A DNA stretch of 64,000 nt from Antedon mediterranea (Eukaryota > Animalia > Echinodermata): contig NC_092677.1 of NCBI RefSeq assembly GCF_964355755.1, positions 13,476,101 through 13,540,100 of the forward strand, given 5' to 3'. Below are positions 46,026-59,885 of the stretch, piece by piece; the stretch's first letter is position 1; each line of letters opens with the position of its first letter. The notes beneath the pieces are model-generated. The model worked only from the letters and a program-made list of their open reading frames with translations, had not been told where the DNA came from and did no database searches. The position numbers and the translations under genes are program-made.

Positions 46026-49000
46026 ATGAATGATCGATCGAACTTGGTGTTCTTTAATGAACCATCTTCGTCATTATTTTGCTCAATTTGTAAACATCTT
46101 CTTTTTGATCCGGTAATCAGTGTAAAATGTGGGCACACTTTTTGTCGCCTCTGCGTTGAAAGTTTAGCCACATCAGATGGAAGCTGTCCGGTTGATAAAA
46201 CACCGTTCGTTGCCAAAGATCTGGTTGCAAACAGGTAAGGTTTTGAATGTTGTAACTTGTAAGGCGAAAAAAAAAGATAAGTAAAAGATTGTGATCTAAT
46301 CTAACAGTAGGTCTAAACTCTAAGAGTAAAGACGTGCATTCTTAAGGAGAGGTTAGTTTCACGATAAATATGTAAACTTTAAATAAAAATTAAACCAGAG
46401 GCAAATAAATGAGGCTTACTACTTTATTAGGTTGCTAGTAATAGTAAGTGGTATCTGAGTTGACATTCAGAGTAATTGGTGTTGAGTTGTCCATACAATT
46501 GTTGTGACTTTCCAAACATTGGTAACATTTCCCAGGGATTCCATTCTGTCCCTTGTTTCTGGACGTATGCTTCGTCTTGTAGTGTTTTATGATATAAAAT
46601 GTTAATGGGAAATTTAATTTATAAATACAAACATTTTTTTTTACCAGAAATAAGTTCAAAATCTGTTGAAATATTATTGTTTTTTTTACCTACAAATACC
46701 AATCCCATGTAATCTTTCTTCTCAAATTCCTATGGATGGTAGCTTAGCGAGCAGAGGCCTACAGAGATTTTTTGTAAACACGGACAAGGATATCCAAATT
46801 TGACTTCCTCACTTTAATCATTGCAAAGTCATTCCTAATATTATGATATACCTTCACCAGAATTATATAGGTTGGTGACCCCTCCCTGTAATACTTCACT
46901 TCCAATACCCCTCATTGGAGAACATTTTTCAAAATTCAAATAATACATTGTTTTGGGTTTATCTATGTTTTGTTGCTTTATTTACAATTAAAAATTAGCA
47001 TCAAAACAGTTTTTTCCCCTTTTAACACATGTACATCTTCTGGGGAATATCCCATTTGTTGGGAAATTCCTGGCGTCACCACTGCTTGGTGTGATTCGAG
47101 ATTGGGAATGGAATCTGGTTATGTTGTACAGTAGAGTTGGTTTAGAAAAACTTGAATTATTTTAATAATTCAAGTTATAACACTGACTATTATTTTTATA
47201 AAATGTTAATTATTTGCTTAATTTCCACTGTAGAGCAATTGCCTCTCAGCTTGAGGATTTACTAGTTTACTGTCAGTACAGCGTTAAAGGTCAAGGGTTA
47301 CAAGGAACACATTTTACCAGTGAAGATGAATGTGACGTCAAGCTACCCCTTACCAAGATCAAAGAACATGAACAAAGTTGCCAGTTTGCTGTAATTATTT
47401 GCCCAAATAATGCCAAAAAATGTGGAAGTATCCGCAAGAGAGATCTAGAGTCACATCTTCAATCTTGTAGTGTAACAGTGGCTTGTATGTATAAACACAA
47501 TGGTAAATATTAAATAATGTTGTCATTTTGTTGGGAGGGGGATGGTGTGTTCAAAATTGAGAAGTCTCAAGCCAGCAGCAACCTCCAAGTCCAACACCAG
47601 AAGGATTTCATAAGGGTAGTAGCAGTACAGTAGATCTATTTACCATACTTTCACTGCTATTGAAAAAGGCACTTCTTCAGGAAAAAGGGGTTTGTTTGAA
47701 CCTTTAAACCCCCTGGCTACTGGCTTGGCCTCAAACTTGCCATGTTGTGTTATTATAATAAGTAAATACTTTGCAAAATATATTTTTGCTATTGACTGTG
47801 TAAGTATTGTACTTGCTTTGTTTGTTTGTTTGTTTGCACGATAGCCTGTTCCACAATTTGTAAGGAATCTTTGACTTGAATGTTTATGTGTTTTAACACA
47901 TAAACTGGATACCTATTAAAATAGGTATATATCCAGTACTCAGAACATGTCTATTGATTTTCAGAAAAATTGATACAGTATTAGTGATGTCACGCTAGCG
48001 TACGTCCACAATTTTTAAAGAATTGTGTCTTGAATGTTTATGTGTTATTAGGTATATACTTACTGAACATGCCTATTGATATTCAGGGAAATTGATATAT
48101 TGGTGATGTCACAGAAACTTATATTAAATCTGAGTTACCGGTATCTTCAATATGATTCGAAAAAAATATTAAATAGCACACCCTCTGTATTATTTTAGCA
48201 TGGGCTGAAATATCAAGTATATGAGTCCTCTCTCCCCGAAATAGTTTTTCCTGATATATTTTGCTGAATACTTCACTTAGTTTTCTGAGTGCTTTCATTA
48301 ATATTTTGCATAATTATCTAATAGGGTGCAAATTTTCTGATTGTCAAGACAAGGTAGCCTTGCATCAATCAACATGTCTGTATGTTAACAAATTAGAAAT
48401 AAATGGCAATCATGGAGAAGAAATTACAGAGAAGTCAGTAATATTGGAGGTAAGCAAAAATAATATCATATTCATCGGTATGATACCGTAAAACCCCAAA
48501 AAAAGCACATTGGTTTCTTCTTCTTTTAGTACCCTTGTGGGTGGGCTTCATTTCAAGATGGGCTTCTTTTCGAGATGGGCTTTTTTCAAGATTACTTTTG
48601 CAAACTAAAAAGGGGGCTTCTTTTAGAAATGAATGCTATAAATTTTGTGAATGACAATAATAGGATTTTTTACCTGTCAATTTTACATATTTGTGATCAA
48701 AAAGCCAATTAAGCTGTAAAATGAATCATATGTATGATATATACCGTAAACTGAATCTTAAATTATATCTGCATCACAAGTTATCTGGCATTAAATCACC
48801 TTGTTACTTTTATATTCAAATAGTCTATCTCAATAAAGCCCATACTATCTTGAAACTTTTCGAGGTGAATTGTGAAGACAAAGAGTTGAAGTGATTTGGG
48901 TTACATTTTTGGTTATTTAACATTAAATGCACAATCACTTTGACAATGATTATAGTATTATGTATGATCATCAGGAAAAATTGAGTGTTAATATTAAATT

Positions 49001-49240
49001 CTATATTTTATGATATTGTATGTCCTAGGATATCACTAAACACCTTTATTACAAACATCAAAACAATATGCAGCTAATATTACCTATAATGAGAAAAACA
49101 GCAGTAAAAATATTTTAAAAAGTTATGATATTTTAAGGAAACAAATTTCTAAGTTTCACAGCCAAGTGGATGTAATTGGTGTGTGTTCCAGTGAGATAAA
49201 AGAGGACTAATTACCTATGAAAAATGTGAGAATTATGATG

Positions 49241-49291
<51 letters not shown>

Positions 49292-52200
49292 TCAAGTTAT
49301 GTTAATTTGCCTTTTTTTTAATCATAACTATATTCAAGATTGAAGCTTTAAAGGAAGAAAACATTGGATTAAAGGAACATGTTCAAATGTTAACAGAAGA
49401 CATGACCAATCTTAAGAATTCCCATGATTCATTGCAAGCACAGGTTGAGAAATATGCATTGTAAGTACATGGGGCCAGACTACAATTTAATGTAGTTTTT
49501 TTTATATACAATAAATATTGTAAAGCCTAAAATTAGTGTACTCTACCAAATTGTTGTTTGTTTCTACATTTGTCTTGATCGTTGTTGTCGCGAAAATAAA
49601 GATTTTATTTATTCTTTTATATTAGAATGCTAACAAATATGAAGTCCAAGTTGGATGAACTGCAGACCAAGCCAATTGACCAACAGAGTGGACAAGCACT
49701 TGCTGGCTCAAAATCTAAACTCACCAACAGTAATAGCTTTTCAGGTACAGTACAATAGTTGAATCTATTTTTAACAAAATTGTTTTTTAACTTTCCCAAA
49801 ACTAAATTTTTCTGACCGTAATAATTTGTACGGGAAAATATGAAATAACAGAAATGCAATTTGTTATTGAAAATAAATGTGGAGTCCTTTTTAAAGAGTT
49901 TTATAATCTCGGATGACATAATGCTGATGGCGTCCTCTAGATTACAAAAAAGCTAGAAAAATTCTGATTTATACAAAATAAATTATTAAAAATTATATTT
50001 ATTCGTCAACAACTTTTTTATTTGAATCAAAAGATGTTTTATATCTCTGGCTACAAAATTACAATTGTAGGTAAGTTTCAATTTGTTTTCATTGAACCAC
50101 AGCCAATAAAAAGTATGTTTTTCAAAAATTATATTTTCCATTTGTCTCCAGGAAACAGGCTCACAACAAAACCACAAGAAACAACAACAACTATTGTGTG
50201 TATGGTTCAGTCCAAATTTTACATTTTTTTGTAAAATGCTTTACTATCGCTATTAAATATAATAATATATATAAAAAATATATGAATATGCAACGTTAAC
50301 TAATCCAGCTAATATTTTATCTTTTGGTACTAGGATAAGTACCTCTTTCCTAATTTTTGGATTCATTAAATATTTGGGCCTTCATATTCGTTTGATTCCA
50401 TTTTGGTTAATCTTTCTAAATTTTATCTTTAAAAAATCTTGATTGGGTTGAACCAATAGTGTGCACTCCCTAATAAGTTCTGCATGCGCTGCCAAATCAA
50501 ATCGAACATCAATGCTTTGTTTTCATGAGGCTACGTGCATATTGATTGCCGCATAGCCTCTTGAAGCGTCATGAAAACGAAAGACCAAACAGTGAAAGAT
50601 GTCTTCGTTTGTGACCTTCCTAATTAAAAAAAAGTAGTTTATTATTATTAGCAATCATTATTACATATTATGTGTATTTTATTTCAATATTAAATTTATT
50701 TAATTTTGCATGTTTTTTTAATGCATTTTTGTTTCCAATAATTATGCAAATAAAGTAGTAAGAAATTTAGAAATTCAGATTTATATTTTTGATCCAAGTG
50801 TAAAAATATATACAATTTTGTTCAAAGTTTTATTGTAGACTGATCTAATTTTTTAGCTATGAAAAGATTTTTTAAAGAAAGTTAAATACTTATAACTTAA
50901 ATAAAGTTTGAGAAGATGTTCTGAAAATAAACATTAATACATACTTTGGTCTGATTGAAAGTTTTTTAAAGCTCAGTCTACACTATCAAAGTTAATTGAT
51001 GTACCCATATATGGACATCACTACCATAATAGGCATATCACTTTTTTTTGTCAAACTAGTTCTGGTCTCCATGGTTTCCGCTAACTTTATTTTTAAAAAG
51101 CATTTAAGTAATGGTTTCTATTAAATTATTACTTGCTTACAATTCAAATGAAAAAAAATAACATTATGTAAAATATTTCCTAACAATTCTTTTATAAAAC
51201 CATAATAACTTTTTCTCATTCTCCTGAAGATGGTTGTATCAACCAAAACATTGAGACATTCTCAATTATGCTTTCTTTTGGAAACTTGTGGTTTAACGCA
51301 AAGCTAAATTTGTTTCTGTTAAAACCAATATTACATTGCTTACAGTTAAAATAAAAAAAGAACATTATGTAAAAATATGTACTAAAAATTTTTTTCTCAA
51401 GATGATGGTTGTAGCATAACAGCCAAAACGTTGAGAAATTCTCTACCATTCTTATTTCTTTTGGAAACTCATGGTGTACCGCAAACTAAACTAAATTTGT
51501 TTCTGTTAAACTAATATTACAGTTAAAATAAAAAAAGAGCATTATGTAAAAATATGTAGCATAACAGCCAAAACATTGAGGCATTTGCAACCATACTTTG
51601 TTTTCTTGAAAAATTTCATCTGATTTCAAAATAATATTGTTGTTGTTTAACTCTCAATAAACCAATAATACTGAAAGTACTCACTTCCTACGTTTCTGCT
51701 AATCACTGAGCCATGACGAATGACAGAAGAAAGATCACAGAGTCATTTGCATGACCAAGGATACTGAAAATAGCCAAAACGTAGCAAGTGAGTACTTGAC
51801 AATTGGTTTACCGAAAGTTACATTTTTCATACATACTTTATTTTTTTTTAAAGCATGGTGTACCGCAAACAACCTAACCTTTTCTTTTATCTCAACTAAC
51901 AGGCAGTCATAAAAGGAAGCCTTCCTTCAATAGTAGTGATTTCACAATATCGTACAATGAACAGTGGTTGTTACCATTTGAGTTTAAATGTATTGGAACA
52001 CTAAGAGGTCATAATGGAGCAATCTGCTGCCTCACAACGAAAGGTCACAAGTTATATAGTAGTGGTGCTGATAAGGTTATTAAAGTGTGGGACATAGAAA
52101 CACTGAGTAAAGGCTGGATGCAAATGTTTAAAGGTCATACAGAAACAGTAAGTTTAAAGGTCATATAGTAACCCCTCCTTCATGACACCCCTATTCAGGA

Positions 52201-55200
52201 GACACTATAGAACCCCTTTCACACCAAAACTCCGGAGTGTCTCCGGAGACACCCCGGGGTTTATGACCATTCAAAACGTCGAGAAACTCCGGAGATACCC
52301 CTTTCACACCAACCTAGCAACTCCGGGGTTTATAAAATAAAATTGTAAATGTCGCCCTCTATTTTGTTTGTTTACATAGCGACGATCATTAGAATCATTT
52401 TAATTAATAATATGTTTAATTTAATAATTACTTTCAAAAGTCTCAGAAGTAATATAATGTTTTATTGATACTACTTATTATTTTTGAACCCGCTATATAT
52501 GTTGTACAAATATTTAAAGTATTTTGAAATAAAACTAAAGCAATGAGTGATCGTGTGAGGATGACCTTTTGACCCGAAACACTCCGGAGTTTGATGTTGG
52601 TACCTTTCACACCAAAACACCGGGGTGTCCCCGCAGTTCGCTCTCCGGAGAATGTTCAGCTGTTCAACCCCGCAGTTTTAAACTCCGGAGTTGCTTGATT
52701 TTACCTTTCACACCAAACAGCGGGACGTCAACTCCGGGGTGTCTCCGGAGTGTCTCCGGAGTTTTGCTTTTGGTGTGAAAGGGGTATAAGTAGACATTTT
52801 CTTATGAAATAAACAAGGGCAAATATGGTTTTAACACTGGCCACTATTCAGAGGATACCCTATTAAGAGACAGTTTGTTGTATCCTAGTCCTAAATTATT
52901 TCATACAGTTCAATAATAATATAGAAATATTCCTAAAGCTCTGTTTACACTATAAAACTTTATGTGACAACAAAAATCATTCATAATTATTGCTGTAAAG
53001 CTCTGTCTACACTATCAAACTAGTTTGACAAAAAAAGTGTGGTGATGGACATGATGATGTCATATCACTACCATATTTGTGCACATCACCCTTTTTTGAT
53101 AGTGTAGACAGCAATGATTGTATAACCTGTAGCCTCAGGTATGTCTGGTTGGAGAATGTGTGATCTACATTACACAAAAAGCTTATTTCATTTTTATTCT
53201 AAAATGCAATGCAACAGCAATCTTTGTTTCTGTACTCTTTTTTTTTCAATTTTCAAACTTAGATAAATAAATGTACTACAAAAAGTTTTCAATGTTTACC
53301 AAGTAAAACAGTTTATAGAAATTTGAACCATTTCATTTTTGTTATAGGTACGAGCTTTAATTGATGGAGGAAAGTATTTGTTTAGTGCAGGAGCTGACCG
53401 TTCCATTCGTTCTTGGAAATATGATGAGACCAACGCGGAATACAAGTGTTATAAGGTAGGCATACGTTAATTCTTTTTTGCTTACATTAATCTCTGTCTA
53501 CACTATAAAACTTGATGTGACAAAAAATGTGATATGCCCATACATATATGGACACGATGATGTCATATCACTACCATATTTGAACATATCACTACTATAT
53601 TTGGGCACATCACATTTTTTTGTCACATAAAGTTTGATAGTGTAGACTGAGCTTTAGATTACAAACGTTTTATTATAATTAATTAACCGTGTGATTAGTA
53701 AATTATTTAATTTAATTCTTCTTTTACCATAGAATGCTCATGATGAGACAATCCTGGCGCTCGTAAGAGCGGGAAAATATATCTTTTCATCATCACAATC
53801 TGAAATTAAGGTAACCAAAATTACAACCCATTATTAATGATATAACTTGTAATTGTCTCAATTTATTGTTTTTTCAAATACATACTACTTTTTACGTAAT
53901 TTTTTACACTATTTTGCTACCTCGGTGTGCAATGTTGCCATTGTATAGCTATAAACCATATACATTGTTAATGTAACATTTTACTATCTACTTTTACTAA
54001 ATATTTTATGTAGGGGTTGAGAAAATAAATTTCATGGAATTGACTAAAGCTCTGTCTTAATTATCAAACTACCAAATATGGTAGTGATATGACATCATCA
54101 CGTCCATATATGGGCACATTACATTTTTTAGACAGAGCTTTATATTTCTATTTTGTTTACCTTGAATGTTACTCTTCTCTTTTTAAGGTCTGGGATTCTG
54201 AGACTTTAGATCTAATAAAGACAATAGGTGGACTGAGAAGAGCATGGGCATTGACCCTTGACCCAAAGAAGGTATGAACAAGAATTAGATTATTGATAAA
54301 AATAGATTCTTGTAATTTTATTGGAGGATTGTAGATAAGTTGGTGAGAAATGAGAAATCTAAAGTTTTGTTTTAAATACAAAAACATTGAAAAGGTTTTT
54401 CTAAATCTGTAATTATTCTGAATGTTGTTTTTATATTTACAATACTTTTTCAATATGGATGTGTTTGTGTTTACAGGAAAATCTGTACAGCGGGGCCGAG
54501 AACTGCATCAGTATATGGGATGCCACAGGGCGCTTTAACCTTATTAAAAAGATAGATCATGAGTATGGCTTGGTGTACTGTCTTAAAGTCACTGATAAAT
54601 ACTTGATAATGGGTAAGTATCAGTAGTAAATGTGGTACAAACCTGTCCCTTGCAGCATAACTGGGCTAAATTGGATGTCACATACAATGACTATCATAAT
54701 ATCATATTGATGATGTTGCAAAAGCTTATCTGAAGTTAGGTATGTATGTATGTATCGTCATAGGCTGAAATAACATGCTCTCTTTCCATAAAGCTATTTT
54801 AAAATCGTGCCTAGATTTGGTCTGGCACCCTGACAAAAATATAGCGTGCCTTCACATACAGAACAAATTCAGTTATCTGTCATTCATGCTCACTGTATCA
54901 GTAGTAATGTGGTACAAACTTGTCCCTTGCAGCCTAACTGGGCTAAATTGGATGTCACATACAATGACTATCATAATATCATATTGATGATGCCGCAAAA
55001 GCTTATCTCAAGTTATGATATGTGATGCATTGTATAGGCTGAAATAACATGCTCTCTGTCTATAAAGCTATTTTTAAGTCGTGCCCGTATTCGGTCTGGC
55101 ACAAGCGTTTAGCGTAATTTCACATACAGAACAAATTCAGTTATCTGTTGTCAAGGTCAAGGTCATTCATGCTCACTGTTGATTGGTCGCTATGAATTCA

Positions 55201-58002
55201 GAGTCCGAATCAGTTACGGATTCCAATCATATTTGGTGTGAACAATCCTATGCTTTAGCACTGAACCCACTTTCCACGATATTTTTCTCAGGGCCTGACC
55301 GAATATGGGCGCAATGTGAAAGCGGCTTTATTGGATTGAAATTACAAAATCTAATTGTAAATTGCTAGTTTGCTAGTGTGAATTTAAAGACCTGCATTTG
55401 GGTTAAATTTTACAGGAACTCACAACAGGAATATTCAAATATTTGACATCAATACATATGAGCATGTTCGAGCTCTACGAGGCCATATTGGAATGATCAC
55501 CGCCTTTGCTTTGTCTCCCAGAAACCGATTTCTTCTATCTAGTTCATATGATGGAACTGTCAAGGTGTGATATCAGTTTTTTCAATTCAATTCAATTCAA
55601 TTTCCACAATACACAATAACATACAGAATAATAAATATAATGAAGTAATCATGTGGGGAGGGTGTCATATAAGTCAGAAAGACTTTAAGTTTGACCCACA
55701 CCAAGATATAGAATTAAATACGAATACGAAAGAGGAAAAAAAATACATAAACTAATAAATAAAACAAAACAAAGCTACAATTTCTATTTAAACCAATTTA
55801 TCCAATCTTAACTGGTCTTATGAAATACATATATATTTAACGTTCATCATATATCTTGAAAGTAAATACCTGTAGTTCTTATATTAATTTAAATTTAGAA
55901 GTTGTAGATGCAGTTTTAATATCTACATGGATTGAATTCCATAATTTTTCTCCCTCAAATTTATTAAATGACTATGTACATTTCAAAATTGGACACCCTC
56001 AATAATACTTACTAACTATTACAGTCAACTTTCTTCCAATGGGCTGGCCTAATATAGTTCAGTACATGTCTGGTTGTCTGGAAAATCTGGTATTCTGAAT
56101 GTGCTTCTAATGTTATAAAAATGAACCTTTTGGACCTCAAGAAATGTCTGGTTTTCATAGAGTATGGTATTTAGAGAGTTGACTTTATTAAATATATTGA
56201 TTGTGTAGGTTTGGAACCTGGAGAATTTTTTGAAATTGCAAAGTCTTAGTCGGCACGAGGGAAGTATTAATGCACTGACTCTTCACAATGGTCTGCTGTT
56301 CACTGGCTCTGAGGACAAAGAGATTAAGGTATGTCAGAATGTTAATGTACTCTGCTTATGTTTTGTATATGATTGATTGAAGTTGATTGAAAAATTTATT
56401 TATACTGGGTAACCTCTTCAGTCAATGACTGGTCTCCCAGAGGGCCCAGTTGGTGATCAGTGGCTGTGATGTACTAATACACCGGGGTAACCCCCTACTC
56501 GTCTCGAAAGATGTACTAGGTTCTTTAAAGTGCACACGAGCTAGATGTGTACACTGGACCTACGGTTTATAGTCATTATCCGAGAAGACTCGTTCTACCA
56601 CCAGAACCATGGAGTGAGTGAGCCTCGAACCCCTGCCGATGTTATGGCTAGGTAATTACGGTTCCACTGTCTTAACCGCTCGGCCACTCACTCACTACTG
56701 AGTGGCCATGGCCATCAATAGGTAACCATTATCATACCAGCGATGAGGCCCTCCTCCATGGATCTCCTCCGTGGAAGTTCATAACTGTACATAGGTCTGG
56801 TCAGATGTTGGCCCTACTCTGACGTAATTTTGTACTTTATACTAAAGAACACGCACCCACGACCTCCAGATCGCTAGCCTGGCATTCATACCTGTAAACC
56901 ACCAAGCTTGCGCTGATGGCTAGGGGTTAGATTTGAGCCAAAATAAGCAGCGGGAACTGCACCAAAAGGATAACTGTATTTAACTAGTGTGTAGTAACTC
57001 TGCATTAGGGAGTGTAGTAATTGGTCAGATATTTGCCCTACTCTGTGACGTACATACATAGGTCAATATTGGTGGCATCCCATCTTGAGCTAAGTAGTTA
57101 AGGCAGGCACCACCACCAAATTTTGCACAGGTTCCAGGCTCTTCTTAACCATGTTCTGTCTCCTGTTCAAGTCTAATTAGATAAAGACCCATCTGAACGC
57201 GAGTTTGGTGGCAGCTGTAATAATCAACAATAAGTAGTTAACTTGTGGAAGCAAAGTCAGGTCTCGGGTCCATTCTAGAGTCGCCACAGATTGACTTCTT
57301 CATCAGTACTTCTATGAATGGTGGGAACATGAACGCTAGTTGATCATACCCAGTACTGTTTTGATCGTACATAATAGAGAGGTTTCGCAATCTTACGAAT
57401 ACGATAACGAAAACGGATACGTCACGCACACGTATTCATTTTCGTAAGCCATAAAAAAATCTGTTTCGCATGGCAACGAAATATTGAGGCGCGTCCAAAA
57501 TATGACTGCGGTAAATTTGAGCGAAGCGCAGGTACGTGTTGCTTGGTGCTTGGCTGCCTAGGCCTAGCGTAACATCAAAACGAGTGAGGACTTTAAAAAC
57601 TGCTATTTATCAAAATTGACTAGGCATTTTAGTAAATTACTTTAGTAAATTACTTTCAATAAATCTATAATTATATTATAATCATGAATCATTCCTGATT
57701 CAAATGCAAAATGTGCAAAATAGATCAAAAACTATACTCGTTTTGTAGTTACGAATATGACTGGTGATATTCGTCAACACGAATACGCTTTACGAATATG
57801 AAATGGGATCAGCTCAAAAGTTTCACAAATGTGTGACGTATCCGTTTTCGTTATCGTATTCGTAAGGTTGCGAAACCTCCATATTAATCAGGAAAACACC
57901 TCACAATGTAATAATTTGTTTCCTTTCTAGATTTTCAAATTCTTCAAGATGTTAACACACAGTAGTTTTGGCATTCGAATTGAGCCTGGAAAAGATACAT
58001 AG
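46026..58002 (+). CDS. TRAF7-like E3 ubiquitin ligase (RING, TRAF-type zinc finger, coiled coil, WD40 repeats)
   Basis: 13 exons in frame: 46026-46234, 47234-47502, 48325-48449, 49339-49460, 49626-49744, 51903-52147, 53348-53455, 53733-53810, 54188-54271, 54477-54612, 55416-55564, 56209-56328, 57931-58002. LVF..PS..CSIC..DPV..CGHTFC..C..CPVD; FKCIGTLRGH; repeated GH..SG..D..IKVW. Confidence 0.88.
47042..47070 (+). promoter_or_regulatory. Two adjacent candidate NF-kB sites in TRAF7-like intron 1
   Basis: GGGGAATATCCC (47042-47053) and GGGAAATTCC (47061-47070); motif match only. Confidence 0.35.
50970..51061. mobile_element. MITE family 1, partial copy
   Basis: agctcagtctacactatcaaa left end and internal repeats; right end missing. 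Confidence 0.6.
51070..51600 (+). repeat. Degenerate tandem repeat of about 190 bp (about 3 copies)
   Basis: ttaca.ttaaaataaaaaa..cattatgtaaaa recurs near 51138, 51340 and 51517. Confidence 0.6.
52211..52786. mobile_element. MITE with ACCCCTTTCACACCAAAA inverted termini and CTCCGGAG subrepeats
   Basis: aacccctttcacaccaaaa ... ttttggtgtgaaaggggta; GC-rich arms with many ctccggag/ccgggg motifs around an AT-rich centre. Confidence 0.8.
52937..53111. mobile_element. MITE family 1, two adjacent left ends
   Basis: Left termini at 52937 and 52999; right end gatagtgtagacag. Confidence 0.7.
53490..53653. mobile_element. MITE family 1 copy
   Basis: ctctgtctacactata...gatagtgtagactgagct. Confidence 0.75.
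54048..54139. mobile_element. MITE family 1, short copy
   Basis: agctctgtct...agacagagct. Confidence 0.7.
54617..55180 (+). repeat. Intronic tandem duplication of about 280 bp
   Basis: gtatcagtagtaa..ggtacaaac..gggctaaattggatgtcacatacaatgac starts near 54617 and again near 54895. Confidence 0.85.
56371..56693 (-). mobile_element. tRNA-derived SINE with a Deu/Nin-like core
   Basis: Minus strand: A box TGGCCGAGCGG, B-box-like GGTTCGAGGC, core AAACCGTAGGTCC..TTAAAGAACC..GAGTAGGGGGTTACCCCGGTG, (TCAA)n tail. Confidence 0.8.
57375..57884. mobile_element. MITE with inverted termini of about 50 bp
   Basis: gaggtttcgcaatcttacgaatacgataacgaaaacggatacgtcac ... gtgacgtatccgttttcgttatcgtattcgtaaggttgcgaaacctc. 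Confidence 0.8.
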
Positions 58003-58819
58003 AAACAAAAAAGTGGAAAAACAGGGTAATCATGTTAAAATAGAGTGTACTGTAACAGTAAGACATTCATAGGCTTTATACAATTACATATTCAGCATTT
58101 TAATCTATTACATTTAATTGTAATCACATTATTAAGAATTCCGCCCATTTTGTTGTTTAATTTCATTAGATTTATTAATGCTTATATTTTTTTGGTATAA
58201 TGCACATAGTGATATATTTCACTTGCGCGTGACAAATGCAATAGTGCGTCACATGTCATGCCACATGACAGTAAATAGAGCCCAAAGAATTCAAATATTA
58301 GAAACTTCTTTTTCCATAGACTAGTCTAGGGCATTACAGTTTAGAAAATTGCATTGTTTTCTTATTAAAGTATTTTTATATTTCTATGGTAATGCACATA
58401 GTGATACACATGTCACACACATTCTGTATTGTGACATGTCACATGTATACATAGTGACATGTCACATGTATACATAGTGACATGTCACTGACTTGTATCA
58501 CATGACCGTAAATCGGGGCCAGAGAGAAAGTGTCTTATAAAAAACAGGGTTTTTTTTTAATGATTTATTTGCACATTGTGATACATGTCACATATTGCAG
58601 TGAGTCATGTCATGTGACCATAAATAAAGTTCAGAGTTCACATTTAAAAGAAAAAAAAGGATTATTTTCCTGTGATTTATTTCATTTCTACGCAAATGAT
58701 ACATGTTGCTTACGGTAAATGAAGCAGTCAGCCAATCTGTGTTATACTTGGCTATGCTGATTTCCGAGGCAATTTGCTATTTTTTCCAATGAGAAACTGA
58801 TTACATTGAACTTTACTTA

Positions 58820-58963
58820 AGCTCTGTTTACACTATCAAACTAGTTTGAAAAAAAAAAGTGACAATATAGTAGTGATATACCCAAATATGGTAGTGATAT
58901 GACATCATCATGTCCATATATGGGCACATTTTTGTCACAAAGTTTGATAGTGTAGACAGAGCT
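58820..58963. mobile_element. MITE family 1 copy
   Basis: agctctgtttacactatcaaa...tttgatagtgtagacagagct. Confidence 0.75.
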
Positions 58964-59759
58964 TACCTTACTTAGTCTTCCACACCAGTGTCTCCATGTT
59001 CTAGCTTTAATATTGATGAAATGTCGTATATTGTTGTATTGAGATGATGTCATTTCCTTATATTGTTAATGGTGTTACTCTATGCCCCACTTTGTTAACT
59101 TACCTTATATTGTTAATGGTGTTACTCTATGTCCCACTTTGTTAACTTATAACCTTTGACCCAGTTGTTCTATCCTTTGACCCAGTTGTTCTATCCTATC
59201 CTGTTTAAATATAAATAAATAAGTATTAAGTATGTTTTAAGGCCAATTTACACAGACAAGTGGACGGGCGGTTACCGCTCAGGACAGATACAGATTCTAC
59301 GTAGGACAAGCTGCGCAAGTTTTCTGCTTACCGTTGCCTCCTAATTAACATTGCATAGTATTTAAGTTAGATATAAACCATTGTGTTTAGACCACTCTAG
59401 GATTTTATATTTAAATTATTTTTTATATTTAAGTGTGTAGATATGTTTGCAATATATAACAATGCATTGTATATTTAGTTGTTTTATATACTATTTTTCC
59501 ATCCAAATTGTTGTTAGTTTTATATAATTAATTTGTGCTAATTGAAAGACAATTAGTTACAGGTTGGTTAATGTACTGAAATTGTTGCCAGTGCCAGCAA
59601 TTAAGCGTGGTTCCCACTAGCGATCCACAATAATGCTGCAACGTATTGACGAAAAGTGCTCTATTGCGTATTCACAAGTGGGGGAAAACACAATTATTGA
59701 AAGGGCATTTTCTGCTGCGTAGGTTGCGTTACGTAGCATCGCTATATTTAGTAGCCTTA

Positions 59760-59885
59760 GGCTCTGTCTACACTATCAAACTAGTTTGACAAAAAAAGTG
59801 TGATTTGCTCAAATATGGTAGTGATATGACATCATGTCACTTCACATTTTTTTGTCACATAAAGTTTGAAAGTGTAGACAGAGCT
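59760..59885. mobile_element. MITE family 1 copy
   Basis: gctctgtctacactatcaaa...tttgaaagtgtagacagagct. Confidence 0.75.

Noticed and set aside
52569-52778. ORF in a GC-rich intronic region
   Set aside because: It lies within the arm of a MITE.
56600-56693. tRNA gene on the minus strand
   Set aside because: A/B boxes are present but run into a SINE body and tail; no convincing cloverleaf.
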